Shown here piece by piece: positions 1 to 8,789 of a stretch of 64,000 nt of DNA; position 1 is the first letter of the stretch, and the number at the start of each line of letters is the position of its first letter. A model generated the notes under the pieces. The model was not told the origin of the DNA. It searched no databases and saw only the letters and a list, made by a program, of their open reading frames with translations. Both the position numbers and the translations under genes were made by a program. The stretch is taken from contig OZ244960.1 in assembly GCA_965222605.1 (NCBI GenBank), positions 1,728,001-1,792,000 on the forward strand, written 5' to 3'. This DNA is from Candidatus Latescibacterota bacterium (GTDB lineage Bacteria; Latescibacterota; UBA2968).

Positions 1-368
1 CCGACCTCCTCGGATTCGCCTTCCCCCTCGGCTTCTTCCTGCAAATCTGCGGTATCCACCACCTCATTGACATCTGCCTGAACATCGAGGTCCGGATCTC
101 CTCCGGCCTCCGTATCGGTCAGCGTCATATCGTCGGGCAAAATCGGCCGCGCCCAGAAAGACCTGAAAACTTCGTCAAAAGTCTCCAGGTCGTCATAGCG
201 CGACACCAGCGTTGCACGCGCAGCAGCATAAAAATCGCGCTGATTATGCATGCTAATATATCGAAAACTGTCGCACAAATCGATGAGATTGCCCGCATTG
301 ACTTCAACGCCTGCAGTGTGCAAAGCCCTCGAAAAACCGACAACTCGTCCCAGCATAGTTCTTGGCAT
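1..368 (-). CDS. VWA-domain CoxE-like protein, N-terminal part (runs off window start)
   Basis: ATG at 368 with AGGAG RBS. Reads MPRTMLGRVVGFSRALHTAGVEVNAGNL...AARATLVSRYDDLETFDEVFRSFW, a CoxE-like N-terminus. Lies directly downstream of a MoxR/CoxD ATPase. Confidence 0.75.
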   Translation of the reverse strand, partial: MPRTMLGRVVGFSRALHTAGVEVNAGNLIDLCDSFRYISMHNQRDFYAAARATLVSRYDDLETFDEVFRSFWARPILPDDMTLTDTEAGGDPDLDVQADVNEVVDTADLQEEAEGEGESEEV

Positions 369-376
369 GTGATCTC

Positions 377-1288
377 CTAAACACCAATTTGTGTGCGTTC
401 TTTTAGCAATCGAGCCTTCTCAATCAGTTGTGGCAAACCGTCTTCCTGAATTTTTTCAATATCTTCTTTATACTTCAAAACACATCCCAATGTCGCATCA
501 ACTATATGCGGGTCCAATTCTTCAACTTTCATAGCCATCAGAGCCAGTGCCCAATCAATCGTTTCGGCAACGCCGGGTTTTTTGTAAAAATCGCGATTGC
601 GCAACAATTGCATAAACCCGCAAACCTGTTGTGCCAATTCGTCCTGCACACCCGCCACACGCGACCGCACAATATCCATTTCTTTGCTAAACGTGGGATA
701 GTCGATCCACAAATACAAACACCGACGCTTCAGCGCGTCGTGCAATTCGCGCGTTCGATTGGACGTAAGTACGACAAACGGCACTTGCATCGCTTTTATC
801 GCACCAATCTCGGGAATCGTAATCTGGAAATCGGACAACACTTCCAGCAAAAACGCCTCAAACTCTTCATCCGATCGATCCACTTCATCGATCAACAAAA
901 CCTGTTGCTTTTCTGCGCTGCCCTCAAGAGCCGCCAAAAGGGGGCGCTTGAGCAAAAAATCTTCGCGGAAAATATTCTGACCAATTTCGGCCTTGTCGAT
1001 TCCTCGCGCTTCTTCAAGCCTTAACTCCAGCATCTGGCGCGGATAGTTCCACTCGTACAATGCAGTATTGGCATCAATGCCTTCATAGCACTGCAATCGA
1101 ATCAACTCAGTATCAAAAATACTGGCCATGACTTTGGCCACTTCTGTTTTTCCAACGCCTGGTTCCCCTTCCAGAAAAATCGGTTTGCCAAGTGCCTGTG
1201 CCAAAAAAATCGTCGTTGCCAATGTGCGGTCAGTGATATACCCCTGCCCGGCAAACCGCTCCTCAACATCTTCAATAGAATTCAGCAT
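377..1288 (-). CDS. MoxR-family AAA+ ATPase (CoxD-like)
   Basis: Walker A GEPGVGKT, Walker B LLIDEVD, RLQCYEG and HDALKRRC motifs. Start set at MLNSIED (1288) after AAGG. Confidence 0.9.
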   Translation of the reverse strand: MLNSIEDVEERFAGQGYITDRTLATTIFLAQALGKPIFLEGEPGVGKTEVAKVMASIFDTELIRLQCYEGIDANTALYEWNYPRQMLELRLEEARGIDKAEIGQNIFREDFLLKRPLLAALEGSAEKQQVLLIDEVDRSDEEFEAFLLEVLSDFQITIPEIGAIKAMQVPFVVLTSNRTRELHDALKRRCLYLWIDYPTFSKEMDIVRSRVAGVQDELAQQVCGFMQLLRNRDFYKKPGVAETIDWALALMAMKVEELDPHIVDATLGCVLKYKEDIEKIQEDGLPQLIEKARLLKERTQIGV

Positions 1289-1311
1289 AATAACCTTTCT
1301 TTTTTGTACAT

Positions 1312-1821
1312 TTAGCCATACTGCGCGACCCAAATTTTTAATGCCTCTCTGGTCGTGTCAAAGGCCAGATCATTCCAGGGAATATCCCGGGGTACAAATG
1401 TAGCCACAGCCTGCGATTCAAAATTGCCCTCCAGCTTTCCGCCCACAACCCGTCCGGTATAAACAATCAGCACCACCCGCTCCCCTTCATAAGACAACAC
1501 GCCGAGCAATTTGCCAATCTCAACCTCTAACCCCACTTCCTCGCGGGTTTCGCGCACAGCCGCGACATCGGTTGGCTCACCCGCATCCACATATCCGCCG
1601 GGAAACACCCACTTGCCAAACCCGGGGTCAATATTGCGCTTGAGCAAGACAACGCCACCATCGAGAGTGACAATAACCCCGGCCGCTACCTTGGGGTCGA
1701 GATAAGCCACAAATCCACACGCCGGACAACACGGTCTCTCCCGATCTTCAACTGCTTTTACAACCAACAAAGTCCCACAGCGCTCGCAAAATTGGGCTTC
1801 GGATTTTATGCAATTGGGCAA
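1312..1821 (-). CDS. NUDIX hydrolase with N-terminal zinc ribbon
   Basis: CERCG/CPACG pairs; Nudix box GGYVDAGEPTDVAAVRETREEVG. TTG start inferred from AAGGTGG RBS. Confidence 0.85.
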   Translation of the reverse strand: MPNCIKSEAQFCERCGTLLVVKAVEDRERPCCPACGFVAYLDPKVAAGVIVTLDGGVVLLKRNIDPGFGKWVFPGGYVDAGEPTDVAAVRETREEVGLEVEIGKLLGVLSYEGERVVLIVYTGRVVGGKLEGNFESQAVATFVPRDIPWNDLAFDTTREALKIWVAQYG

Positions 1822-1905
1822 AGAGATCAACCACCTTACTTTTATTAATACTAAACAGTAGTATTTCAAAGGGTAAAATACATAGGGATGTGTTTCGGGT
1901 CAACG

Positions 1906-1968
1906 AAAAAGCCCCGCATTCAAATTCGGGGCAAAAAAAATGGGAACCGGGTCGCGGACCGGTTCCCA
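1906..1968 (-). terminator. Tandem Rho-independent terminators downstream of phoU
   Basis: TGGGAACCGG-N8-CCGGTTCCCA (1941-1968) followed by U8 on the minus strand. Second hairpin GCCCCG-N10-CGGGGC (1911-1932) followed by U5. Confidence 0.85.
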
Positions 1969-1989
1969 AGAGGGAGAATACGTCGTGCT
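1933..1989 (-). ncRNA. Putative Pho-regulated small RNA (~57 nt)
   Basis: Own Pho-box-like array and extended -10 upstream, strong terminator at the 3' end, and 5' segment complementary to the pstS leader. Confidence 0.5.
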
Positions 1990-1995
1990 TTGGAT

Positions 1996-2039
1996 ATAAT
2001 ATCATTGCCGTGTTACAATCGCGTGTCGCTCGCGTGACA
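1996..2039 (-). promoter_or_regulatory. Pho-box-like repeats and extended -10 downstream of phoU
   Basis: Minus-strand heptamers TGTCACG, CGACACG, TGTAACA at an 11-bp period (+ positions 2033, 2022, 2011), then TGaTATTAT. Confidence 0.6.
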
Positions 2040-2067
2040 GTGTTCGCGACGAAGATACGGTGGGGAT

Positions 2068-2745
2068 TTAGCGCAATTCCTCCTTTTGATGTCTCACAAT
2101 GCGTCCCTGAACGAGATAGACGGCATTTTCGGCAATATTGGATGAATGATCGCCTATGCGCTCCAAATGCCGGGACACGAGAATAAGCAAAATTGCCTGA
2201 TCTACAGTCGAGGGAATCCCTGTGTTTAAGTACGTCAACAACTCGCGAAAAATTTGATCGCGCAAGGCATCCATTATGTCGTCAATTTGGCGCACCTTAT
2301 TGGCCAATTCCACATCGCGATTGACAAAAGCATCTAAAGCATCCTTAACCATGCGACGCGCCAACTCGGCCATTCGAGGAATATCAATCAGCGGTTTCAA
2401 TTGCGGCATCTGATTGAGCAAACGGGCGCGCTGGGCGATATTCACCGCTTGATCATTGATGCGCTCGAGATCGTAATTGATCTTCATAATGCCCGCCACC
2501 AGTCGCAAATCGCTGGCCACGGGTTGCTGTATAGCCAACAACTTCAAACACTCTTCTTCTATCGCCACTTCCCAATCGTCAATGTGATGCCCACCTTCTT
2601 CAACCACATCGGCGAGGTGATTGTCGCGATCCACAAGTGATTGCACCGCCTGTTCAATCGACTCTTCCACCGCACTGCTCATCTTCAACAGCTCACTTTT
2701 GAGGTGGTCGAGTTGTTGGTCGAGGGTACGCTCCATAATCATCAC
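2068..2745 (-). CDS. phoU: Phosphate signalling complex protein PhoU
   Basis: QQPVASDLR, DLERINDQAVNIA and LERIGDHSSNIAE repeats; last gene of the pst operon. Confidence 0.97.
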   Translation of the reverse strand: MMIMERTLDQQLDHLKSELLKMSSAVEESIEQAVQSLVDRDNHLADVVEEGGHHIDDWEVAIEEECLKLLAIQQPVASDLRLVAGIMKINYDLERINDQAVNIAQRARLLNQMPQLKPLIDIPRMAELARRMVKDALDAFVNRDVELANKVRQIDDIMDALRDQIFRELLTYLNTGIPSTVDQAILLILVSRHLERIGDHSSNIAENAVYLVQGRIVRHQKEELR

Positions 2746-2753
2746 TCCCGTTC

Positions 2754-3566
2754 TTAGCCAAACCGCCCCGTCACATAATCTTCGGTTTGTTTGAGCTGCG
2801 GATTGGTAAACATCGCGCCCGTCTCGGCCATCTCAACCAAACGTCCCAAATAGAAAAACGCCGTATAGTCCGAAACACGCGACGCCTGCTGCATATTGTG
2901 TGTTACAATCACAATCGTATATTGCTTTTTCAGCTCTTCAATCGTTTCTTCAATATGCCCTGTCGCAATCGGATCCAACGCCGAACAGGGTTCATCCATC
3001 AAGATCACCGAAGGCTCAACAGCAATCGCACGCGCAATGCACAATCTCTGCTGCTGGCCTCCAGAAAGCCCCAGAGCACTGTCACCGAGTCGATCTTTTA
3101 CCTCATCCCAAAGCGCGGCAGCTTGCAAACTGCGTTCCACTACCTCATCGAGTACTGCCCGCCGATTTTCACCTGCAATTCGCAAACCATAAACGAGATT
3201 CTCATAGATCGACTTGGGAAAGGGATTGGACTTTTGAAACACCATACCGACCCGGCGTCGCAGCGAAATCACATCGTATCCAGAGCTGTAAATATCGTCG
3301 TTGTCAATTTTGATCACACCCTCAATACGCACCGAATCAATCAAATCGTTCAACCGATTCAGGCACCGCAAAAGCGTTGACTTCCCGCATCCAGAAGGAC
3401 CGATAAAAGCCGTCACCTGATGCTCGGAAACCTGCATGTCAATGTCAAAAAGGGCCTGCGTTTCGCCGTAATACAGGCTCAGATTCGACACGGTGACAAT
3501 GGGATTCTGAACATCTGGAACAATTGCTTCAGGCAGTGTATTTTCAGGTTCTGCTTCAGCCATCAT
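2754..3566 (-). CDS. pstB: Phosphate ABC transporter ATP-binding protein
   Basis: [32 protein letters not shown] and C-terminal YVTGRFG. Confidence 0.97.
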   Translation of the reverse strand: MMAEAEPENTLPEAIVPDVQNPIVTVSNLSLYYGETQALFDIDMQVSEHQVTAFIGPSGCGKSTLLRCLNRLNDLIDSVRIEGVIKIDNDDIYSSGYDVISLRRRVGMVFQKSNPFPKSIYENLVYGLRIAGENRRAVLDEVVERSLQAAALWDEVKDRLGDSALGLSGGQQQRLCIARAIAVEPSVILMDEPCSALDPIATGHIEETIEELKKQYTIVIVTHNMQQASRVSDYTAFFYLGRLVEMAETGAMFTNPQLKQTEDYVTGRFG

Positions 3567-3596
3567 TATTCCTTTCCCCTCTCACATCTCACCTAT

Positions 3597-5237
3597 TTAG
3601 AACGTCGCACCACCAACGCGCTTGCGAAGCCGATTGCGAACCAGAATCGCCACCAGATTCAGAGCCAGCACAATCCCTATCAGCAATAAGGTCGTCGTAT
3701 ATACCATGGGGCGAGCCGCCTCGACATTGGGCGACTGGAACCCCACATCGTAAATGTGAAAACCCAGATGCATAAACTTGCGTTCCAGATGAAAAAAGGG
3801 CCAGATACCATCCACGGGCAACGCAGGGGCCAATTTCACAACGCCAGTAATCATCAGCGGAGCCACTTCACCAGCACCCCGTGCAATCACGAGAATAATG
3901 CCCGTGAGAATGCCCGGCAGCGCGCCGGGCAAAACCACGCGTAAAATAGTCTGCAATTTGGTCGCCCCCAATGCCAGCGACCCGGCACGCACATCACTCG
4001 GCACAGTAGAAAGTGCTTCTTCGGCTGAAACAATCATCACCGGCACCGTCAGCAATGCCAGAGTTAACGACGCCCACAGAATGCCGCCAGTACCAAATGT
4101 GGGACTGGGCAATGCTTCAGAGAAAAAGAGCTGATCGATACTTCCACCAATGCCGTAAACAAAAAACCCCAGCCCAAACATACCAAAAACAATAGAAGGG
4201 ACACCCGCCAAATTATTAACCGCAATGCGAATAAATCGAACCAGAGTGCCTTGCCCGGCGTATTCGCGCAAATAGAGCGCGGCTAAGATGCCAAATGGCA
4301 CAGCCGCCAAACTCATTAGAAAAACCATCATAACAGTGCCAAAGATCGCGGGAAATACACCGCCTTCTGTATTGGACTCACGGGGTTCATGAAATAAAAA
4401 TTCCTCAACGCGCGAAAAATAAACGCTCGTTTTCCCCAAAATCCCCAGTAGGTTGGGACGATAAGCACGCACGATATCGGCTGTGGCAATCTGTCGCACT
4501 TCGCCGCCAATAAGACGCACATCTATGCGATAAGTCTCGTTGGCTGCACGCAATTGCACCAGCTGGTCGGCCAGTTGCTCATAAGCTTCCCAATAGGTTC
4601 TGCTCTCTCGGTCAATCGCGCCAATGGCATCGGCATTTCCACCACCCAATTCTATCTCGCGTTTTTTTAGGCGCAGGCTCTCAATTTGCCGATTTAAGTC
4701 GCCAATGGCATCTTCTTCAATTTGCCGAATCTGTTCGTGTCGTTCTCGTGTTTTATCCAATTGTTCTTGCAGAACATCCCAGGTGTTCGACACGCGGATT
4801 TCACCTTCGTACAGAGCTTCGATAAACCCGTAAAAATTACCCCACTCGCGCCGCTCAAAAACCACCACATCTTTGGGATAGTCCGTCGATTGAATATCCG
4901 ATTCATCGATCCATTGAAAATCGCTGCCATACACATCGCGATTGCCCACTTTGAGCTGAATGCGAAATTGCCCAGATCCCGTTCGATTCGATTCGGGAAT
5001 CTCCTGCTTGTTCCACCGTTGCCCCATCGCTTTCCGACCATCTTTGAGTATCACAGCTTCGATATCCGAGGGCCAGAAAAATCCGATGCCATTGTACAAA
5101 ACCAGCGCGATCAACCCTGTAATCATAAGCAAACAAAGCGCCAGCGCGCTGCCAGTCAACCAGATAAATGGCACACCTGTTTCCCAAATATGTGCTGAAG
5201 GGCCTCTATTCAGTAAATTTTTCACACCCATCTCCAA
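3597..5237 (-). CDS. pstA: Phosphate ABC transporter permease PstA (long form with coiled-coil insert)
   Basis: PRESNTEGGVFPAIFGT, NNLAGVPSIVFG, GSLALGATK. Confidence 0.95.
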   Translation of the reverse strand: MEMGVKNLLNRGPSAHIWETGVPFIWLTGSALALCLLMITGLIALVLYNGIGFFWPSDIEAVILKDGRKAMGQRWNKQEIPESNRTGSGQFRIQLKVGNRDVYGSDFQWIDESDIQSTDYPKDVVVFERREWGNFYGFIEALYEGEIRVSNTWDVLQEQLDKTRERHEQIRQIEEDAIGDLNRQIESLRLKKREIELGGGNADAIGAIDRESRTYWEAYEQLADQLVQLRAANETYRIDVRLIGGEVRQIATADIVRAYRPNLLGILGKTSVYFSRVEEFLFHEPRESNTEGGVFPAIFGTVMMVFLMSLAAVPFGILAALYLREYAGQGTLVRFIRIAVNNLAGVPSIVFGMFGLGFFVYGIGGSIDQLFFSEALPSPTFGTGGILWASLTLALLTVPVMIVSAEEALSTVPSDVRAGSLALGATKLQTILRVVLPGALPGILTGIILVIARGAGEVAPLMITGVVKLAPALPVDGIWPFFHLERKFMHLGFHIYDVGFQSPNVEAARPMVYTTTLLLIGIVLALNLVAILVRNRLRKRVGGATF

Positions 5238-5241
5238 AACA

Positions 5242-7479
5242 TCAAATTCTGCTATACTTTTCGCGCAAATGCTGCCGCACCACTTCTGCCAGCGTATTCA
5301 CCAAAAAAGTAATCGCCGCCAGTAAAACCCCGGTCAAAAACAGCACGCGATAAAGCGTACCTTCATGAGGGGCTTCGGGAATCTCCACGGCGATATTGGC
5401 AGACATAGTGCGCATGCCATTAAAAATGGTCCAATCCAAAATCGGGGTATTGCCCGTGGCCATCAGTACAATCATCGTTTCACCCACAGCGCGGCCAAAT
5501 CCAATCATAGTCGCGGAAAAAATGCCCGGGCTCGCCGTGGGCAACACCACGCGGATAGCCGTCTGCCAGAGCGTTGCGCCAAGCGCGAGTGACCCGGCGC
5601 GCAGATGCTGCGGCACACTGGACATGGCATCTTCACAGATCGTGTAAATAATGGGCACCACAGCAAACCCCATGGCAAAGCCCACCACGAGACAGTTGCG
5701 CTGGTCGTAGCGCGTACCCGTTGTGCCGAGCAGCCAGCTTTGAAAATTGCCGCCAAACAAAAGCGATTCAGCTACCGGGCCGAGTGCAAACGACAGATAA
5801 AGCGCGAGCAACGCGATGCCCGACAGCAAAGTTAGAATCCAGAGATCGGATACTTTGTGTGCAAGATCTTCGGACACCTGCCCCCACGCCCACGCACATA
5901 TCACCACGATAATGGGCACACAAGGCAGCAACAACAGCGCACCAACAATTCTCGTTTCCAGCAGCGGTGCCAACCACAAACCAGCCAAAAAGCCCAAAAT
6001 CACGCTGGGAAGCGAAGCCATCAACTCCACTACGGGTTTGACCAGATTGCGTACGCTGGGAGAGGCAAATTCCGATGTGTAAATCGCTGCCAGAATGGCC
6101 AAAGGCAGCGCGAATAACATAGCGTAAAGTGTGCCCTTAAATGTGCCAAATATCAAAGGTACAATACTAAACTTAGGTTCAAAATCATCTGACCCACCCG
6201 TAGATTGCCACACGTAGTGAGGCTCCGTATATCCCTCGTACCACACTTTGCCAAAAAGCGTTTGCAACGTCACTTCGGGATGTGGATTTTGAAGGTCAAA
6301 ATCCGTCACCTGACCCGACTTACTCACAGTCAAAAAGCCATCCGCTTTGGGTGCGAAAGACAGGGTTTGAATGGGATCACCGCGCAATTGAAAAAATGTT
6401 TGTTCCGACGTCATGTGATGCAACGCAACCACCCCCGATACATCGCCCGATAAAAACTGTTTGTCTCGAGCAGACGACGCCAGTGCAGTCACCGCCGCCG
6501 GATGAGACCGCAAGGTGTGAATCTTCTTAAACGTCCTTTTATTGTCGCCTTCGCGCGTCCTGACGGGCATCCAGGCAGACACCTGGCCGCCTACATCGCC
6601 CACGAGGAGCGACACATCGCCCAGCACAAAGTCCAGCGCAGTCACCGCTTGATCGGAAACCGGAAAATGATCCAATAGCCTGGGCTTGGAACTCGCCCGC
6701 CCGACTTCCCATCGAAACACATCACCGCGATCTGTGCCCACCAGAACATAGCGTCCCGATTTCGCCACAGCCCCCACCCTGGCGCGCCCTTTGATGTCAG
6801 CGGTCAAATCGTATGTGCGAACAATTATTTTGCCATCACCCAAAAGACCGCGCTGTTTTTCGGAAATTCCCAAAACGAGTTGCCCGGAATCCGCAATGCC
6901 AAGTGCTGTGCTTCGGGATCCTCCATCGTGCCGAAATACGATATGCACAAGTGCCTTATCGGTTAAATCCATCGACGATTCAACAGAAAAAGACGGTGTC
7001 ACAATCCGCTTTCCCTCCGCATCGTAATCCACGGTAAATTTCACGCGGCAACTCAGCATTGTACCGTCGTTCAGCCCCAGGCCAACGTGCGTGTTATCCA
7101 GGGCGCGATAAGCCGCCCGAATGCGCCGTCCCTGTAGTTCGGGGACAGACACCGACTTTGTCACCGATTTTGTGGTCATATCCAAGAAATCAATCCCCGC
7201 TTCATGCACGACAAACATCACGGCCTGATAGGGATCAACCCCCGTACAAAGAACGGGCTGACGGTGCGAAAAATCAAAGGTATGCGCCCTGGATACGCTC
7301 GGCTTAAAAAATAGGGGATAGGACTCCATCAAAACAAAAAGGAAAATGCCCAGCACAGACAGAATCACCCCGATGCCGCCAGCAGTGATCACCCACCGCC
7401 CAGTGCGATCCATCAGACGTGCGCCTCGCGTAATACCGGGCAATTGTCGCTTTGATATTGGTTTTAACGGAAGTAACAT
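5242..7479 (-). CDS. pstC: Phosphate ABC transporter permease PstC (long form with beta-propeller-like domain)
   Basis: WQSTGGSDDFEPKFS, GRAVGETMIVLMATGN; WD40-like repeats in the N-terminal half. Confidence 0.93.
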   Translation of the reverse strand: MLLPLKPISKRQLPGITRGARLMDRTGRWVITAGGIGVILSVLGIFLFVLMESYPLFFKPSVSRAHTFDFSHRQPVLCTGVDPYQAVMFVVHEAGIDFLDMTTKSVTKSVSVPELQGRRIRAAYRALDNTHVGLGLNDGTMLSCRVKFTVDYDAEGKRIVTPSFSVESSMDLTDKALVHIVFRHDGGSRSTALGIADSGQLVLGISEKQRGLLGDGKIIVRTYDLTADIKGRARVGAVAKSGRYVLVGTDRGDVFRWEVGRASSKPRLLDHFPVSDQAVTALDFVLGDVSLLVGDVGGQVSAWMPVRTREGDNKRTFKKIHTLRSHPAAVTALASSARDKQFLSGDVSGVVALHHMTSEQTFFQLRGDPIQTLSFAPKADGFLTVSKSGQVTDFDLQNPHPEVTLQTLFGKVWYEGYTEPHYVWQSTGGSDDFEPKFSIVPLIFGTFKGTLYAMLFALPLAILAAIYTSEFASPSVRNLVKPVVELMASLPSVILGFLAGLWLAPLLETRIVGALLLLPCVPIIVVICAWAWGQVSEDLAHKVSDLWILTLLSGIALLALYLSFALGPVAESLLFGGNFQSWLLGTTGTRYDQRNCLVVGFAMGFAVVPIIYTICEDAMSSVPQHLRAGSLALGATLWQTAIRVVLPTASPGIFSATMIGFGRAVGETMIVLMATGNTPILDWTIFNGMRTMSANIAVEIPEAPHEGTLYRVLFLTGVLLAAITFLVNTLAEVVRQHLREKYSRI

Positions 7480-7511
7480 AATAAGAATAGATAACCTGCA
7501 TCAAAGGCTAA

Positions 7512-8480
7512 CTACTGTAACTTCTCGAGCTCCTCTTTAACCACCTGATAGGGCACGGGCATATAGCCATCTTTCACGACAATCTCTTGCCCTTCTTTGG
7601 AAAAAATGAACTTACAAAATTCCCGCACCAGCGGATCGAGAGGTTTATTGGGCATCTTGTTGATGTACAAATACAAAAAACGCCCCAGGGGATAAGACCC
7701 ATCTATCACATTTTCTATCGTGCCCTCTCTGAAGGATTCGCCAGTTTCCAACGCCAGAGGTAGGATGCGCACGCCGGAAGTCCTGTAACCTATGCCACTA
7801 TAACCAATGCTGTACCTGTCTTCGGCCACGCCCTGTACCACCGAAGCAGACCCCGGTTGCTCTTTTACTTCATCTTTGAAATCGCCCTTAAACAGCGCGT
7901 GATCTTTGAAGAATCCATAAGTGCCCGATGCTGAATTGCGACCGTAAAGGCTGAATGCGGCATTTTTCCAATCGCCTCCCAAATCCAACTGCCCCCATCT
8001 CACAATATTTTCCTTATAATCACCGCGTCGCGTCTTGGAAAAAATCGCATCTACCTGCTGCAAAGTCAACCCCTTAATCGGGTTATCTTTATTGACAAAA
8101 ATAGCCAGTGCATCCAGCGAGGCACTCAACACTGTTGGTGGATATCCAAAATGCTCCTCAAATTTATCTATTTCCGAAGCCTTCATCGGGCGTGACATCG
8201 GCCCGAATTGCGCGGTACCTTCAATGAGCGCGGGAGGCGCAGTACTCGAACCCTTGCCCTCAACCTGAATTGTTACATTGGGATAGTACTTGCGGAAGCC
8301 TTCCAACCAAAGGGTCATCAAATTATTCATCGTATCTGACCCAATGCTATTGGCACTTCCGGAAACCCCACTCACTTTTTGATACTCGGAAACAGACGAA
8401 TCTTGCTGCGCCTGAACTGCCTGAACCGCAGCCTGGGTCAAAACAGCCACACATGCAATCATACAAATAAATCTGGTCAT
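7512..8480 (-). CDS. pstS: Phosphate ABC transporter substrate-binding protein
   Basis: Signal peptide; GSDTM, GKGSSTAPPAL, GRNSASGTY and YPLGRFLYLY motifs. Confidence 0.95.
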   Translation of the reverse strand: MTRFICMIACVAVLTQAAVQAVQAQQDSSVSEYQKVSGVSGSANSIGSDTMNNLMTLWLEGFRKYYPNVTIQVEGKGSSTAPPALIEGTAQFGPMSRPMKASEIDKFEEHFGYPPTVLSASLDALAIFVNKDNPIKGLTLQQVDAIFSKTRRGDYKENIVRWGQLDLGGDWKNAAFSLYGRNSASGTYGFFKDHALFKGDFKDEVKEQPGSASVVQGVAEDRYSIGYSGIGYRTSGVRILPLALETGESFREGTIENVIDGSYPLGRFLYLYINKMPNKPLDPLVREFCKFIFSKEGQEIVVKDGYMPVPYQVVKEELEKLQ

Positions 8481-8557
8481 TCAATCTCCCTTCTATCATG
8501 CGACTTGCACGACGTAGTGTTGTAGGGGTATAGGGTGCGAAAAATAAACCTGTATCG

Positions 8558-8597
8558 TGTTACAATAGTGTGACGAAAGCACGACATTCATGTGATA
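8558..8597 (-). promoter_or_regulatory. Pho-box array upstream of pstS
   Basis: Four heptamers at an exact 11-bp period (+ positions 8558, 8569, 8580, 8591). On the minus strand they read TATCACA, TGTCGTG, CGTCACA, TGTAACA, resembling PhoB TGTCA half-sites. Confidence 0.75.
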
Positions 8598-8713
8598 ACT
8601 CAGGTTCAAAACTTAACATATAGCGTTAGCCGGGGAACCACCTCAATAAGACATCGCTATAATGTTACAAATCACCTCCAAAACGGTTACGTTTTGAAGA
8701 CTAATATTTTTAT

Positions 8714-8743
8714 TTGACAATCTGCTCCATATCGTATTATAAT
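8714..8743 (+). promoter_or_regulatory. Sigma70-type promoter of ppk1
   Basis: TTGACA-N18-TATAAT. Confidence 0.7.
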
Positions 8744-8789
8744 ACCTGACATTTAACTCAATTCCGCCGCCTCTTCCCCGGAGTGTGTT

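Noticed and set aside
1-1288. CO dehydrogenase gene cluster
   Set aside because: Only CoxD/CoxE-like accessory genes are visible; no coxLMS in the window.
3597-7479. Extra-long PstC and PstA as novel architectures
   Set aside because: Long forms with these insert domains are known from Pseudomonas/Vibrio-type pst operons.
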